Source: Zootoca vivipara (Eukaryota). From it: a stretch of DNA of 64,000 nt. This document shows positions 11,789 through 23,871 of this stretch, one piece after another; the first letter of the stretch is position 1; every line of letters starts with the position of its first letter. Where the stretch lies: contig NC_083288.1 in assembly GCF_963506605.1 (NCBI RefSeq), positions 41,974,001-42,038,000 on the forward strand. Reading direction: 5' to 3'. The notes below the pieces were generated by a model. That model worked only from the letters and a program-made list of their open reading frames with translations, searched no databases and had not been told where the DNA came from. A program made the position numbers and the translations under genes.

Positions 11789-12789
11789 TTCTAAAGACCT
11801 TCACAGAATACCCTCCAAAAAAGCTATCTAAACAGCTATGCTTTTGATTTCATGGAGAAGGGTGGATAGCAAATTTAAATAATGACAACAGCAAAAACAT
11901 ACAAATTTAACCAGCAAATGCTTAATCAAAATCAACAATGACACTTCTTTTTGAAACTGATATTATGGCACTTTGGTTTTTATTTCCTATGCAGAAGCTT
12001 GAGATTGAATCACAGTTATTACTCCCTGACAATGATGAAAACATCCTAGGCAATCAAAAAATAAAGAGATCAAGCACATGAAAATATAACATGTAATCAA
12101 ATAAACTGAGTATGCATATTTAACCAAAATATCAATGTTCAAATAAATAACATCAATACACATGATAATACAATAGTGTTTGTTTTTGTGTGTGTGTGAA
12201 TGAAATGTTGTATGCAACTTAAATGTAATATAGTTGGTGAGCTTCTCCATAGACCAGAAGACTAGTAGTGGCTCTGCAAATATTTTGGGGTGGGGTGGGT
12301 GAGAGAGTCAGCAGTGAAATCTGAAGTGGGTAACATAAAGACATACAGACATAATTGTATTTGTAGCATCATGATGCTTGGATAATTGTCAAGGTTTAAA
12401 CCCTCCCACCCAGCCCAACTCTCTGATGGAAAAGTAATGGCGCCTCTACAGAGTCCTAACCTTGACATTTTCCAGTTTGAAGAAAGTGGAAAAGGAAGAC
12501 CAAGAGAACAAAGGAGGCATTGGCAAAATCCATTTAAGGTATAATATGCAGATTGACTCATGAGAACAGTGTCATCAATAAGCTACAGTGTTAACCCTCT
12601 CAACACTGATTTTCATCTGGCAAAGTTACAGAGGTGGAGGCTTAGTCATTGTTTCAGAGACTATATATCTCCCCCCCCCCCTTCAGCTATGTGGTTCTCT
12701 GGCACCACCCTCAGATCTACCTCAACCCCACTGAACCCCACTCTCTCTAAGGTGTAGAGCCCTGAACTGGATTTCTATTAGGCCTTTTA

Positions 12790-13330
12790 AAACTTATTTA
12801 TTTTTCTGCCTTCACTGATATTGAATGAGTCCCACCTCAGTCAGCAGTCACCCACAATTTTATCGATCACAGAGATAATAAATGATATTACAGTAGTTCA
12901 GTGCAAAGGAGCGTATGGTTTCGGTTACATACTTAAGATGTGACTTCGGTTCATATGAACACTCCTACCTACTCTACCATCCTAAATATATCCAGGCTAA
13001 ATATACACTCACCATTTGTCCCAAAAAACCATGACCATTAATAACACTGACCCCACTCTATCTCACTAATGCTGCCACAGCTCCCCAAACACTCTACCCC
13101 ACCCCCATGAAACTCCAACTACCACTGTTCCTTTCAACTAAAACCCAGCAGTAGTCAATTTCCCTATCAAAATTCTTATCCAATTGCTATTTACTTCCAA
13201 CAATCCAAGCACAATCTCTCCCTCTCCTCAGCCTAACACCTTAATTCAACTATTATACAACCTGAACAAGAGACGATGCACATACTTTTGTAAACCAAGA
13301 AAATCTTTAATAAACATTATTTGAAATGCA
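12790..13330 (+). mobile_element. Probable LINE 3' UTR fragment
   Basis: C/A-rich tract ending TTGTAAACC...AATAAACA; family not identified. Confidence 0.35.
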
Positions 13331-13356
13331 CTGCACTGGCTTCCAGCTTTCTTTCC

Positions 13357-13415
<59 letters not shown>

Positions 13416-13447
13416 AAACTCATCTATATATTTAGCAATATTTAGTG

Positions 13448-13504
<57 letters not shown>
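13357..13504. repeat. Compound microsatellites (GAAA)n, (TA)n, (CA)n
   Basis: Direct observation. Confidence 0.95.
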
Positions 13505-13506
<2 letters not shown>

Positions 13507-13683
13507 TCACATACTAGTTTACTGTAATTACTCTAATATTTACACACTTTCATTTATATATACACCAGACCATCAGAGGCTCCAACTCCCATCAGTCCCA
13601 GGAGGTTTGGCCAATGGTCAGGGATGATGGAAGTTGAAGTCAATACAGCATATAAAATGTCAAACATGTAAAACAACAAGTTG

Positions 13684-14052
13684 GTTGCAAAGTACAAATC
13701 CACTCTACTAGACTTAAGTGCAAATTAAAGGTAAATTGGGTTGGGGGGGATTTCCTTTACAAGTTCTCAGAGTTTTCTGTCTTTCACTCACTGGAGACAT
13801 GAGAGCAGTAACAGCGGAAACAAACTCCCTTTGCAATCACAGTCATGCAATTCCTTAATGCCCAGAGCACCCGTTTGCCTCACCAAGATCCAAATGGATA
13901 AATTAAGATGTCTTTTCATTGTTCTCATTTTCTGGCTTGCAGAGAGCATTCGATGTTGTTGAGTGACAATAGAACACCACGTCTCACTTCTCATTCCAAG
14001 ATGTGATCAGTTGGGGAGAGACATTCTCCGTACAACTTCAGACTGAGTAAGT
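13684..14052 (+). promoter_or_regulatory. Paralogous OR4D-type promoter/first non-coding exon, copy C (for OR at 18213)
   Basis: Aligns with copies A and B; donor GA|GTAAGT at 14047; tandem TAGTAG acceptor at 18202-18207. Confidence 0.55.
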
Positions 14053-14619
14053 AAAGAGCAAGTGAAACGAACAAGGCTGATGGGGGGAGACCTGAAACAA
14101 ATTTTCTAATCATTTCCCCCCCTTCATACAGAAACCATCATGTTCTCCAGATGTTGCCAGACTACAACTCCCCTTATCACTGACCATGTTGGCTGGGACT
14201 GATGGGAGTTGGAGTTGAATAATATTTAAAGGGCATCTCATTGACTATAGTTGTTCTATTTCTGTTATAGTATTTGTGGTGATATGCCTGTTGTCTTTGA
14301 CCATGGAGTTTTCTTGGCAGGGATACTGGAGTGGCTTGCAAGTTCCTTCTCCAGGTGATAGATGCCTTGGGGTTTAAGGATTTTAGGGGTAGGTTTTGAT
14401 TATTTCACAATATTGTCAATTGTCTCTTGTCAAGCACAGAAGAAGGGCTGGCCCTACCATTAGGCAAAATGAGGCAACTGCTTCAGGTGGCCAACTAAAT
14501 CCAGATGATGATGATGATGATTATAATGATGGGAGGTGGTAGCAGCACCTATCAGTTATCTCCCTGCTCTGGAGATCAAAGCAATGTGTGCCACCCAGCC
14601 TGTCTTGCAAGAGAGAAAG

Positions 14620-14795
14620 GGTCATAGCTCAGTGAAAGAACAACCACTTTGCATGCAGAAACTCCCAGATTCAATCCCTGGCATTGCCAGGAAGGGTAGG
14701 GAAGCCCTGAAGAGCCACTGCCAATCAGTGTAGACAATACTGAGCCATATTGACCTGTAGGTCTGAGTCAGAACAAGGCAGATTCCTATGTTTCT
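14620..14795 (+). mobile_element. tRNA-derived SINE (Squam3-like)
   Basis: GGTCATAGCTCAGTG A-box, GATTCAATCC B-box, body CACTGCCAATCAGTGTAGACAATACTGAGC; related copies ~25150, ~40850, ~59195. Confidence 0.7.
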
Positions 14796-16434
14796 ATGTA
14801 CATAGTCTGCTAAACTAGTCTGCTGCCATCAGGTACAATGGAGGAGGATACTCTCCCATTGCCAACGTCAACTGCTAGCCCAGTCAGTTTCATTCGGAGA
14901 AAAAGCAAGGCAGAGAGGGACACACAGAGAAAGCAGAGAGTGAGCTCTAAAACCATAGCAACACTCTAGAAGTACCAAAATAGCAAAGTCAAAGGTGACT
15001 AAAGGGTTGCATCTTTCTTCAGGCCAAGGAAGCTGGCGTTTGTCCACAGGCAGCTTTCCGGTTCATGTGGAGAGCATGACTAAACCATTTCTGGTGCAAC
15101 GGAACTCCATGACGGAAACCAGAGCACACAGAAACACTGTTTACCTTCACAACGCAGCAGTGCCTTTACCATAACCCTGTTAGAGGTTAGACTGTCCCCA
15201 TAGGTGAAGCAATGGACTTTGAATTGCTGTTGTCCAGATATTTTGGACTGCAACATCCATCACAGTACTGTACAGCCATACTTACCTGAACAGATTGGGA
15301 TGGTGGGGAATCAAAAACATCTTGAGGATGCCAGGATAGGAAAGGCTGCCTTAGAGTGTTTTGACAGTGGGTCTCTGACTTACATAGTTGTAAGTAAACA
15401 ACTTCTAAAGGAAATCAAAGCTGAATAAGTGCTGCACTTCTCAAATTCTCACTGCTCAGGGGCATGAAGTGATTGTGACAAAATGAAATGAAATGGGACA
15501 AGAATTTTATACAAGCATAGTTAAACCAAGCAGAGACAAAACATTCTCACAGGGAGCTGAAGGCACCTGACAGAGGGGTAGCTGCTTGTTGTATTTTCAT
15601 CTTTCTGGGGTTTTCAAGCTTGTACATTTCAGAAGCCTACACAGCCTGTTGAACCAGATTGCCTGGATTTGGTTCCCTTTGGAACAAGATCCCTGGAGGC
15701 TTTCTGTAATATGTGTGTTTATTTAAAAATATACAATCTGAACAGAGGGGAAAGCAAGCATACTAGCAGACTGTCAAGGTCCACTGTACCCCCCTCAGGT
15801 TCCCAGTGAACATTTCCAGACTTGTTTATTGTGCATGTATCCTGATTTTTCTGTGGGGAGGATAGGCAGCATTGCATCAACGAAGTGTAAACTCACACTT
15901 TCCTCTGCATTTTCTTCATGACAGAAAGTGCAATATTTTGGGAAGCGTATTGTACTGCAAGACCTCCAAACAGCTGTAATTGCTCAAGATGAGTTTGCCA
16001 GAATGTGACCGACTCTAATCTGAAAATAGCAACACTCTAGAAGTGCCAAGAAAGAACTCTTCATCTCAGATATTCCTTAGCCATTTGAAAAGTGAGTTGT
16101 TGATAACAGTCAACCAATCTTCCAATCAAATGCAACATTGGGCTGCTTCTTTGGGACTAATAGGCAATTCTTTGGCAATTTCTCCTGGCTCCATTAACCC
16201 TCTCTTCTCCAGCAACTCATCCCCCCCCCCATTTTACAATATGGATAGAATTTTAAAATGTCTTACTGCAGAACTATATATGCTTTAAAAAGTCAAATAA
16301 ACTCTCCAGGTGCATAAAGGATGCAATTCAGTTCACACTTTTCCTGCCCCATTGAACACAGTGGAATCAATCAAGACAGTGCAATCCTATCCATGCCTAA
16401 CCAGAGGAAACAGGGTAGAGCAGAGCCCTGAAAC

Positions 16435-16822
16435 TGTGGGAACGTTTATATAATTTAGCAGAGTTTAAACGATCCCCTGTTTGAGTTTATGCAGTGACAA
16501 GCGGGTTGCTAACTCGTTTCAGTCCTGTCAATAATTATATCTTCCTGGTTGATAATCCCTTTCTGTCCCTCTTAAAGAAAACACATATGAATCTGAATCA
16601 TATTAACACAAACTACTTTACTTTCTGATTCATTCAGGTTTACAGAGTTGTTCCTGAAGGCAGGTTTAGGTTTCCTAACAGATAAACTATATACTAGATA
16701 GTAGTGAGTCATGAGAAAATTGCAGCAACCGACCAAAAAACCAAGTGACAAAACTGCCTGGCATACAGAGGCAGTTAGTCCTCTCAGAACGTTGGACTTG
16801 ACTGACAGCCTTATATCCCACA
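16435..16822 (-). mobile_element. Solo LTR (388 bp)
   Basis: TGTGGGA...TCCCACA termini, 5-bp TSD GAAAC, empty site in paralogous copy at ~26286; strand from AGTAAA signal on minus strand. Confidence 0.85.
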
Positions 16823-16893
16823 GAAACGGCCCTTGTCACATCTCAGCTACTCCTATTCCTGGAAAGGAATAGCTTGGCCACAATGGTGTAGGC

Positions 16894-17029
16894 CAGGCTT
16901 CCCCAAACTTCGGCCCTCCAGATGTTTTGGACTACAATTCCCATCTTCCCTGACTACTGGTCCTGTTAGCTAGGGATCATGGGAGTTGTAGGCCAAAACA
17001 TCTGGAGGGCCGCAGTTTGGGGATGCCTG
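16894..17029. mobile_element. hAT-type MITE
   Basis: TIRs; TSD GTGTAGGC; empty site in paralogue at ~26349. Confidence 0.9.
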
Positions 17030-17054
17030 GTGTAGGCTTTGGTATCCTCTAGAC

Positions 17055-17190
17055 CAGGCATCCCCAAACTGCGGCCCTCCAGATGTTTTGGCCTACAACT
17101 CCCATGATCCCTAGCTAACAGGACCAGTGGTCGGGGAAGATGGGAATTGTAGTCCAAAACATCTGGAGGGCCGAAGTTTGGGGATGCCTG
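17055..17190. mobile_element. hAT-type MITE, inverted relative to neighbour
   Basis: TIRs; TSD CTCTAGAC. Confidence 0.9.
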
Positions 17191-17826
17191 CTCTAGACCA
17201 TATCCTCCAATTGCCAAAAAGATGCAGGGACAACCATGAAAATGTTTAAGCTATTGTGGGACCAGGTTATTTTAAGCAGTATCTTCACCAAATTAAGGCA
17301 GTGCCACCAGGATTTTTGGAAGACTTTATGACCCACCCTATTCCTCTGATAGTAGTATGGTGAATGGTTTATAGGAAATAATTATCATGATCAGTGCAAT
17401 TTTTCTAGAAAAAGAGATGTTGGAACTCACCATGAACACCTCCCTTGTTCTCTTATAATGACAACGGTATCCACCTGAGAGTGGACGGAACTGAGTTCCG
17501 GCAAGTTCCAGCTGAAAAAAAGCCCTGATATGATTATCGTGCTATTATCACTCTACACTGAAGTCATTCATTTACTCAAACCATAGAGGAGATTTATGGG
17601 CTACTACTAAAATGAGGCTGCATTTTAAGCTGCATTTTAAGCTGCATTTTAAGCCGTATTTTAGTTGTTTGTTTGTTTGTTTGTTTGTTTGTTGTTTCTA
17701 TTACGCTTTATTGTAATTCATATTTGGTGTTAGCTGCCAGGGAGGGCGGGGTATAAAAAAAAATATTATTATTAACATTTATTAAATGTGTCATATTTAT
17801 TTATTTCAGTGGATTTACTCTAAATA

Positions 17827-18068
17827 CAGTGGTACCTCTAGTTACAAACTCAATTCATTCTGGAGGTGTGTTCTTAACCTGAAACTGTTCTTAACTAGGG
17901 GCGCAGCTTTCGCTAATGGGGCCTCTTGCTGCCGTTGCGCCGCTGGCACACAATTTCTGTTCTCATCCAGGGGCAAAGTTCTCAACTCAAGGTAACTCTT
18001 CGAGGTTAGCGGAGTTTGTAACCTGAAGCGTTTGTAACCTGAGGTGTTTGTAACTCGACGTACCACTG
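17827..18068. mobile_element. Tc1/mariner (Tigger-like) MITE
   Basis: TA|CAGTGGTACCTC...GTACCACTG|TA. Confidence 0.85.
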
Positions 18069-18212
18069 TAGATTCCCCACCACCACCATTTCTTCCTGTA
18101 GCTCATTTTATGATGTTGTAATGATTTAATTGTATATCACCAAGATATTGTTTAATGAGCTAGCAAATTATAAATAACTAAATAAATCTCTCTCCACACT
18201 TTAGTAGGAAAA

Positions 18213-19157
18213 ATGGAGAACTTGGAAGGAAACTACACTCGAGTCAGTGAATTCCTCTTGGCAGCCCTTTCCCCATCATGGCAGTCCCAAGCCGCTCTCT
18301 TTGTGGTCTTCCTCCTGGTCTACACAGCAACCCTAGCAGGAAACACCCTCATCATGCTGACAGTGACCTCTGACCCCCGGCTGAGCACACCCATGTACTT
18401 CCTGCTGGGTAACCTCTCCTTCCTGGATCTTTGCTACTCTACCATCACAGCCCCTAAGATGTTGATGGACTTCTTGGTCGAGAAAAGGAGCATCTCCTTT
18501 GATGCCTGCATGGCTCAACTCTTTTTCCTACATTTTGTGGGTGCTGCTGAGATGTTCCTCCTCACCATCATGGCCTATGACAGGTACGTGGCCATCTGCA
18601 AGCCTCTGCACTATCCCAATATCATGAACAGGCAGCTCTGCAGCTGGTTGGTGGCAGCTTCTTGGACCGGAGGCTTCATCCACTCCATGGTCCAGACCAT
18701 CCTTACTATGAGGTTGCCCTTCTGTGGACCTAACCAAGTGGACAACTTCTTCTGTGATGTCCCACCTGTCATTAAGCTGGCCTGCACTGATACCTATGTT
18801 ATTGAACTCCTCATGGTCTCCAACAGTGGTCTCATCTCAAGCAGCTGCTTTGTCATCCTGGTGACCTCCTACGCCACTATTCTGGTGAGGATCCGCTCCC
18901 CTGAGGGACGGCGCAAAGCACTCAATGTCTGTGCCTCCCACCTAACTGTGGTGACATTGTTCTTTGGCCCCTGCATCTTTATCTATGCCAGGCCTTTTTC
19001 CACTTTCTCAGTAGATAAGCTGGTCTCTGTCCTTTACAATATCATCACCCCCATGCTGAATCCATTGATCTACACTCTGAGAAACAAAGATGTGAAGTCA
19101 GCCATGAGGAAGCTGAGAAGCAAGGAAACAATTTCTGGTGGGAAGGTAGACATGTGA
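18213..19157 (+). CDS. Olfactory receptor, family 4 (OR4D-like), 314 aa
   Basis: Complete OR motifs PMYFLLGNLS, MAYDRYVAICKPLHY, FCGPN..DNFFCDVP, KALNVCASH, PMLNPLIYTLRNK. Confidence 0.97.
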   Translation: MENLEGNYTRVSEFLLAALSPSWQSQAALFVVFLLVYTATLAGNTLIMLTVTSDPRLSTPMYFLLGNLSFLDLCYSTITAPKMLMDFLVEKRSISFDACMAQLFFLHFVGAAEMFLLTIMAYDRYVAICKPLHYPNIMNRQLCSWLVAASWTGGFIHSMVQTILTMRLPFCGPNQVDNFFCDVPPVIKLACTDTYVIELLMVSNSGLISSSCFVILVTSYATILVRIRSPEGRRKALNVCASHLTVVTLFFGPCIFIYARPFSTFSVDKLVSVLYNIITPMLNPLIYTLRNKDVKSAMRKLRSKETISGGKVDM

Positions 19158-19832
19158 TTCCCTGGATTCCTCCCTATAAAGACATTCACAGCAGCTAAGA
19201 TGTGCAAAGTGTGTAACTGGAGAGTCTCCAAAGTAATTATCAATTCAATCAGATTTTATTCGACCGTCAGTCAGAAATAAACATCTATCCATACAAAAAT
19301 TAAAACATCTAAGCATCTAAAGGAACTTAAACTTAAACCAACAATAAGAAGTAGACTATGCATTTAAACCCATGTCAATGCTGTCAATTTTGACTTTACG
19401 ACGCTTAAGGGCCAGGAAAAAAAATCTGGCCACCAAGGAGGCTGTTGGTCCAGTAAACTAGATCAGCAGAAACAAAACCTGTCTTTGTCTGGCTACAGGG
19501 CTACGTTGTCATAGGAGTGGAAATATGAGTTTTTGTCTAAGATCTGCATAGAATGAAGTAATTATCGAAACAGCCATGAATTGATAAATAGTGAGATGCT
19601 TTGACTCCTCTGATATATGATTTTATGACCCATCCTATTTTTTTGCTAGTAAGGTGGATGGTTTATAGGAAATCATTATCATGATCACTGCTATTTTTCT
19701 AGAAGAAGAAATGCTGGCATTCACCCTGAACACCTCCGTTGTTCTCTTATGACATTGGCACCCACCTGAGAGCTGCTGGAACTGAGTTCCAGTGAGTTCC
19801 AGCTGAAAAAAGCCCTGTAATGATTATCATAT

Positions 19833-20110
19833 GGGACGCGGGTGGCGCTGTGGGTTAAACCACAGAGCCTAGGGCTTGCTGATCAGAAGGTCGGCGGTAC
19901 AAATCCCGCAAGTGCAAGTAGATAAATAGGTACCGCTACAGCGGGAAGGTAAACGGCGTTTCCGTGTGCTGCTCTGGTTCACCAGAAGCAGCTTTGTCAT
20001 GCTGGCCACATGACCTGGAAGCTGTACGCTGGCTCCCTCAGCCAATAATGCGAGATGAGTGCTGCAACCCCAGAATCGGTCGTGAGTGGACCTAATGGTC
20101 AGGTGTCCCG
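19833..20110 (+). mobile_element. Sauria SINE with internal deletion
   Basis: GGGACGCGGGTGGCGCTGTGGGTTAAACC head; flanking ATGATTATCAT / ATGAATATCAT. Confidence 0.9.
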
Positions 20111-20464
20111 TTATGAATATCATGCTATTATTACTCTACACTGAAATCATTCATTCATTCAAGCCATAAGGAAGTATCTGAAGTTCAATACATTTCTGAG
20201 TATTCCATCATGTGCTAGTTTGGGTTGGTGGGTATAATCATCGAAAACACTAGGTTGGGGCAGGCTGGCATACATTTAATTCATTTAACGAAACTTTATT
20301 ATTACTACCCACATGTACAAACAAGAAGAGCTATTATTTACATTGTGTGTTGAGGTTTAATAAATGAGACAATTAAATGGGGAAGTGACTAGAAAATGGG
20401 ATTGTCAAAATGGGATCATCAATATCTTGAAGGACCACTGAAATAAAAGAAATTGGCTATTGCT

Positions 20465-20634
20465 AACTTTTTTTAATGAGGTCTTCTGGGATCAGTAGAA
20501 GGTGTTTTTTTCTGGGCTCAGTATATTCTTGGATGCACTTCTTCCATAAGCAATATAAATATGAGGATGAGGAAGAGGAAGATTTCTTCTGCCGGAAGGG
20601 CTGTCTGCAAATTGAAGGGCAACAAAGGGTAAGT
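20465..20634 (+). promoter_or_regulatory. OR4N-type promoter/first exon copy 1: homeodomain+O/E composite, TATA-like box, donor
   Basis: AACTTTTTTTAATGAGGTCTTCTGGGA at 20465-20491; TATAAA ~20554; GG|GTAAGT at 20629. Confidence 0.65.
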
Positions 20635-21126
20635 ATCTCATCTTTGCTCTTTTTACATTGTCTTTTGCATGGCTTTAGTTTTCATCCCTTGCTACTCTTG
20701 CTAAGGGGACAGTCATTACTTTCAATGCAAAAATTTGAAGGAATTTGTATTAAAATGATTTTGTTTCGGACTCTTTTTCTAAACAAATATCAAACTGATG
20801 TTGAAATGTGGGAAACTCAATTTAAGATAGGAAAAATGAGAAACCAAGAAACTGAAAATGACAAATCCTTCTGCCCCTCGTCCCTGAGCTCTGCATGTAT
20901 GGCCAGCAGTACCTTTTACAAAAAGGGAGGAAGCTGCCTCAGATGGCAAATGCTGGAGGGTGGGAAATGTGGAGGACAGAACTGGGTTTTCCATATGGTC
21001 TGCCCTTTGCCTCCTAAGCTGTTTGTAGTTGATGCCTAGTTGAGGATTCTCTGGTATCAAAGTAAAGTTAAGATGCCAGTTTTTCAGCAGCTGTGTTTCG
21101 TATTGTGCGGGGGGAACCATCTTATT

Positions 21127-21262
21127 CAGGCTTCCTCAACCTCAGCAATCCATATGTTTTTTGCCTACAACTCCCATGATCCCTAGCTAGCAGGACCGGT
21201 GGTTAGGGATGATGGGAATTGTAGTCTGAAAACATCTGGAGGGCCAAGGGTGAGGAAGCCTG
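21127..21262. mobile_element. hAT-type MITE
   Basis: CAGGCTTCCTCA...TGAGGAAGCCTG; TSD ATCTTATT; shared with 28473-28606, empty at ~38915. Confidence 0.9.
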
Positions 21263-22392
21263 ATCTTATTCCTCTCTTCAGGCTGCAAAAGGTTTTCAGT
21301 CAGATCTGACCATTTCATCATGGTCTTGAGAATCTCTGTGGTTGGAGGAAGGAAGGTTTAGGGTCCACCAGCAGCAGCAACAGCAGCACTGGATCTCAGT
21401 TTTATTAGCCTTCGATTTGGGGGATGGGCCATAACTCAGTGGTAATCTGTTTTGCACTTCAGAAGGTCCCAGGCTCAATCCATTCAGATAAGTGCAGTTT
21501 TCAAAGGATGGTTGTGTTGTGATTTGCTTTGTCTTTCTGAAAGTGCAAATGTGATCTATTTGGCTTTAACTGCACATGGAACTGAATTTCTCCTCTTCAC
21601 TATCAGTGACATCATGTTCAGATCACAGAGGACTCGCTGTGATCCATCTGCTGGGTTTAGTTTTCTGAACAATATGCAAATCAAAGAAAAGACAACCTTT
21701 GAAATTCTCACCTGTTTGAATTTTGCAGTGTAGGAATTAGAGTCAGCTAAGTCCTACTCAGAGTTGACCCATTGAAATTAATGAACAAAAGATTACATGT
21801 CCAATAATTTTAATGTCTCTGCACTGAGTATGACTAGAGGTGAATACCATCCTAGTCCTACACCTAATTAATATGTACAAAACAGCTTATAATACAGTAA
21901 AATGTCCATTGAAATGCACATAAGTGAAAATAATATTTAACGGAATTGATTGGATCAAAGGAAATTGTTTCGCAAAAAATGTGTGTATATTTTGCAAAAT
22001 TGCATACAAAAATATGTACATTAGGAGAAATTTGCAATAAAATGATGATATATATTCATGTGGTTTTCTTTAAAAAAAAATCATGGACTGATGTGTAAAT
22101 ATAGAGAATTTAAGATTGGAAAGATGAGAAACTGAGAGAACCTGAAACTGATAGATCTACCCATCTATAACTGAATTGCAAAGGAAATACTTTTCCTATC
22201 ATCATAACCATATTCCTTCTGTAAATTTGTCTGAATGTGAAGAGAAAATGAAGTATGAAAAAAGAAATAGTGGCATCAGAAGGGGGGGGGGGAACCAGAC
22301 ATGTATGTATGATACAATTGCTTGTATGAATGTTGTACTCTTGCATCAGTGCTGCATGTGTCCCTGATTCCTATTTCTAGGTAAATGCAATA

Positions 22393-22742
22393 AAGGTAAA
22401 GGGACCCCTGACCATTAGGTCCAGTAATGACCGACTCTGGGGTTGCGCGCTCATCTCACATTATTGGCCAAGGGAGCCGGCGTATAGCTTCCAGGTCATG
22501 TGGCCAGCATGACAAAGCTGCTTCTGGCAAACCAGAGCAGCACATGGAAACGCCGTTTACCTTCCCGCTGTAGCGGTTCCTATTTATCTACTTGCATTTT
22601 GACGTGCTTTCGAACTGCTAGGTTGGCAGGAGCTGGGACCAAGCAATGGGAGCTCACCCCATCACAGGGATTCGAACCACCGACCTTCTGATCAGCAAGC
22701 CCTAGGCTCAGTGGTTTAACCACAGCGCCACCTGTGTCCCTG
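22393..22742 (-). mobile_element. Sauria SINE, full length
   Basis: 13-bp TSD GGTAAATGCAATA; ACCTTT tail on minus strand. Confidence 0.92.
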
Positions 22743-22910
22743 GGTAAATGCAATACATGCATATAGGTGTTATCACACTTGGGAATAGAGAACAACAAGG
22801 AAAGGATTGTTTGGTTTGGCTTGTTTGCAATTATATTCAACCTTCCATCCAAGGAGCTCAAGAAGCCATACATGGTTTCCTCCCAACTCATTTAGCTCTC
22901 ACTACCCTGT

Positions 22911-23272
22911 GACGTGGGTGGTGCTGTGGTGTAAACCACAGAGCCTTGGGCTTGGCAATCGGAAGGTTGGCGGTTCGAATCGCTGCAATGGTAAGCTCCC
23001 GTTGCTCGGTCCCAGCTCCTGCCTCCCAAAAGTTTGAAAGTGCAAGTAGATAAATAGGTACCGCTCCGGCAGGAAGGTAAACGGTGCTTCTGTGCACTGC
23101 TCTGGTTTTGCCAGAAGCAGCTTAGTCATGATGGCTACATGACCCGGAAAAAACTGTCTGCGGAAAAACACTGGCTCCCTTGGCCAGAAAAGCGAGAGGA
23201 GTGCCACAACCAACCCCAGAGTCATTCACGACTGGACTTAATTGTTAGGGGTCCTTTAACTTTACCTTTTTT
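22911..23272 (+). mobile_element. Sauria SINE
   Basis: TSD TACCCTGTGA; paralogous copy at ~29160-29537. Confidence 0.9.
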
Positions 23273-23871
23273 TACCCTGTGAGGGAGGTACTTCTGGATT
23301 CATTGCTTAGAGGCCATTCAGCCTCTATTTAGAAAAACCCCAAGGAAGAAGAGTCCACCACCTCTTGTGGGAGTCTGTTCCACTGCTAAGCTGCTCGTAG
23401 TTACAGAAAAATTTTCTGAATGTCTCCCAGGTCCTAATCCCACACTCTAACCACTACAAAACACTGGCTCTGGAATACCTATTGAATGCAGGTGAACTTT
23501 TAGGAACAAACATTGTCAAGTGTAAGACATGCAATTAGGCCTGGAGATTCCATCCCGTGGACATATTCCATGAAAATCGGTTGGTCTAGACATATTTTAA
23601 CCCTCCAGTCCCATTGGACCACATATCACTGAGACATCTAACCTACATCAAACCTACAGTATACAGTGCTGTTATGCAATCACCATTTCTCTGTGCAAAA
23701 GCCACAGAATCTTAATGTAAGCTGAACTTCTGAGCTACTTTGATCTACTTCTGGCCAGCCTACCAAATGGTTCCATTTATAACAAGGTGTATAAAAAGGA
23801 GCAGAGGTATTGCAATCAATTATTGCTAAGCAATCCGAATATAATTGTTTTGCAGGACTACATTTGCAAGG

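Noticed and set aside
14620-14700. tRNA-like sequences here and at ~21425, ~40850, ~59195
   Set aside because: SINE heads continuing into SINE bodies; no intact cloverleaf
20476-21039. 187-aa ORF partly repeated at 28098 and 38054
   Set aside because: Spans a predicted donor and a copy-specific deletion; similarity reflects DNA duplication and the frame is not kept among copies
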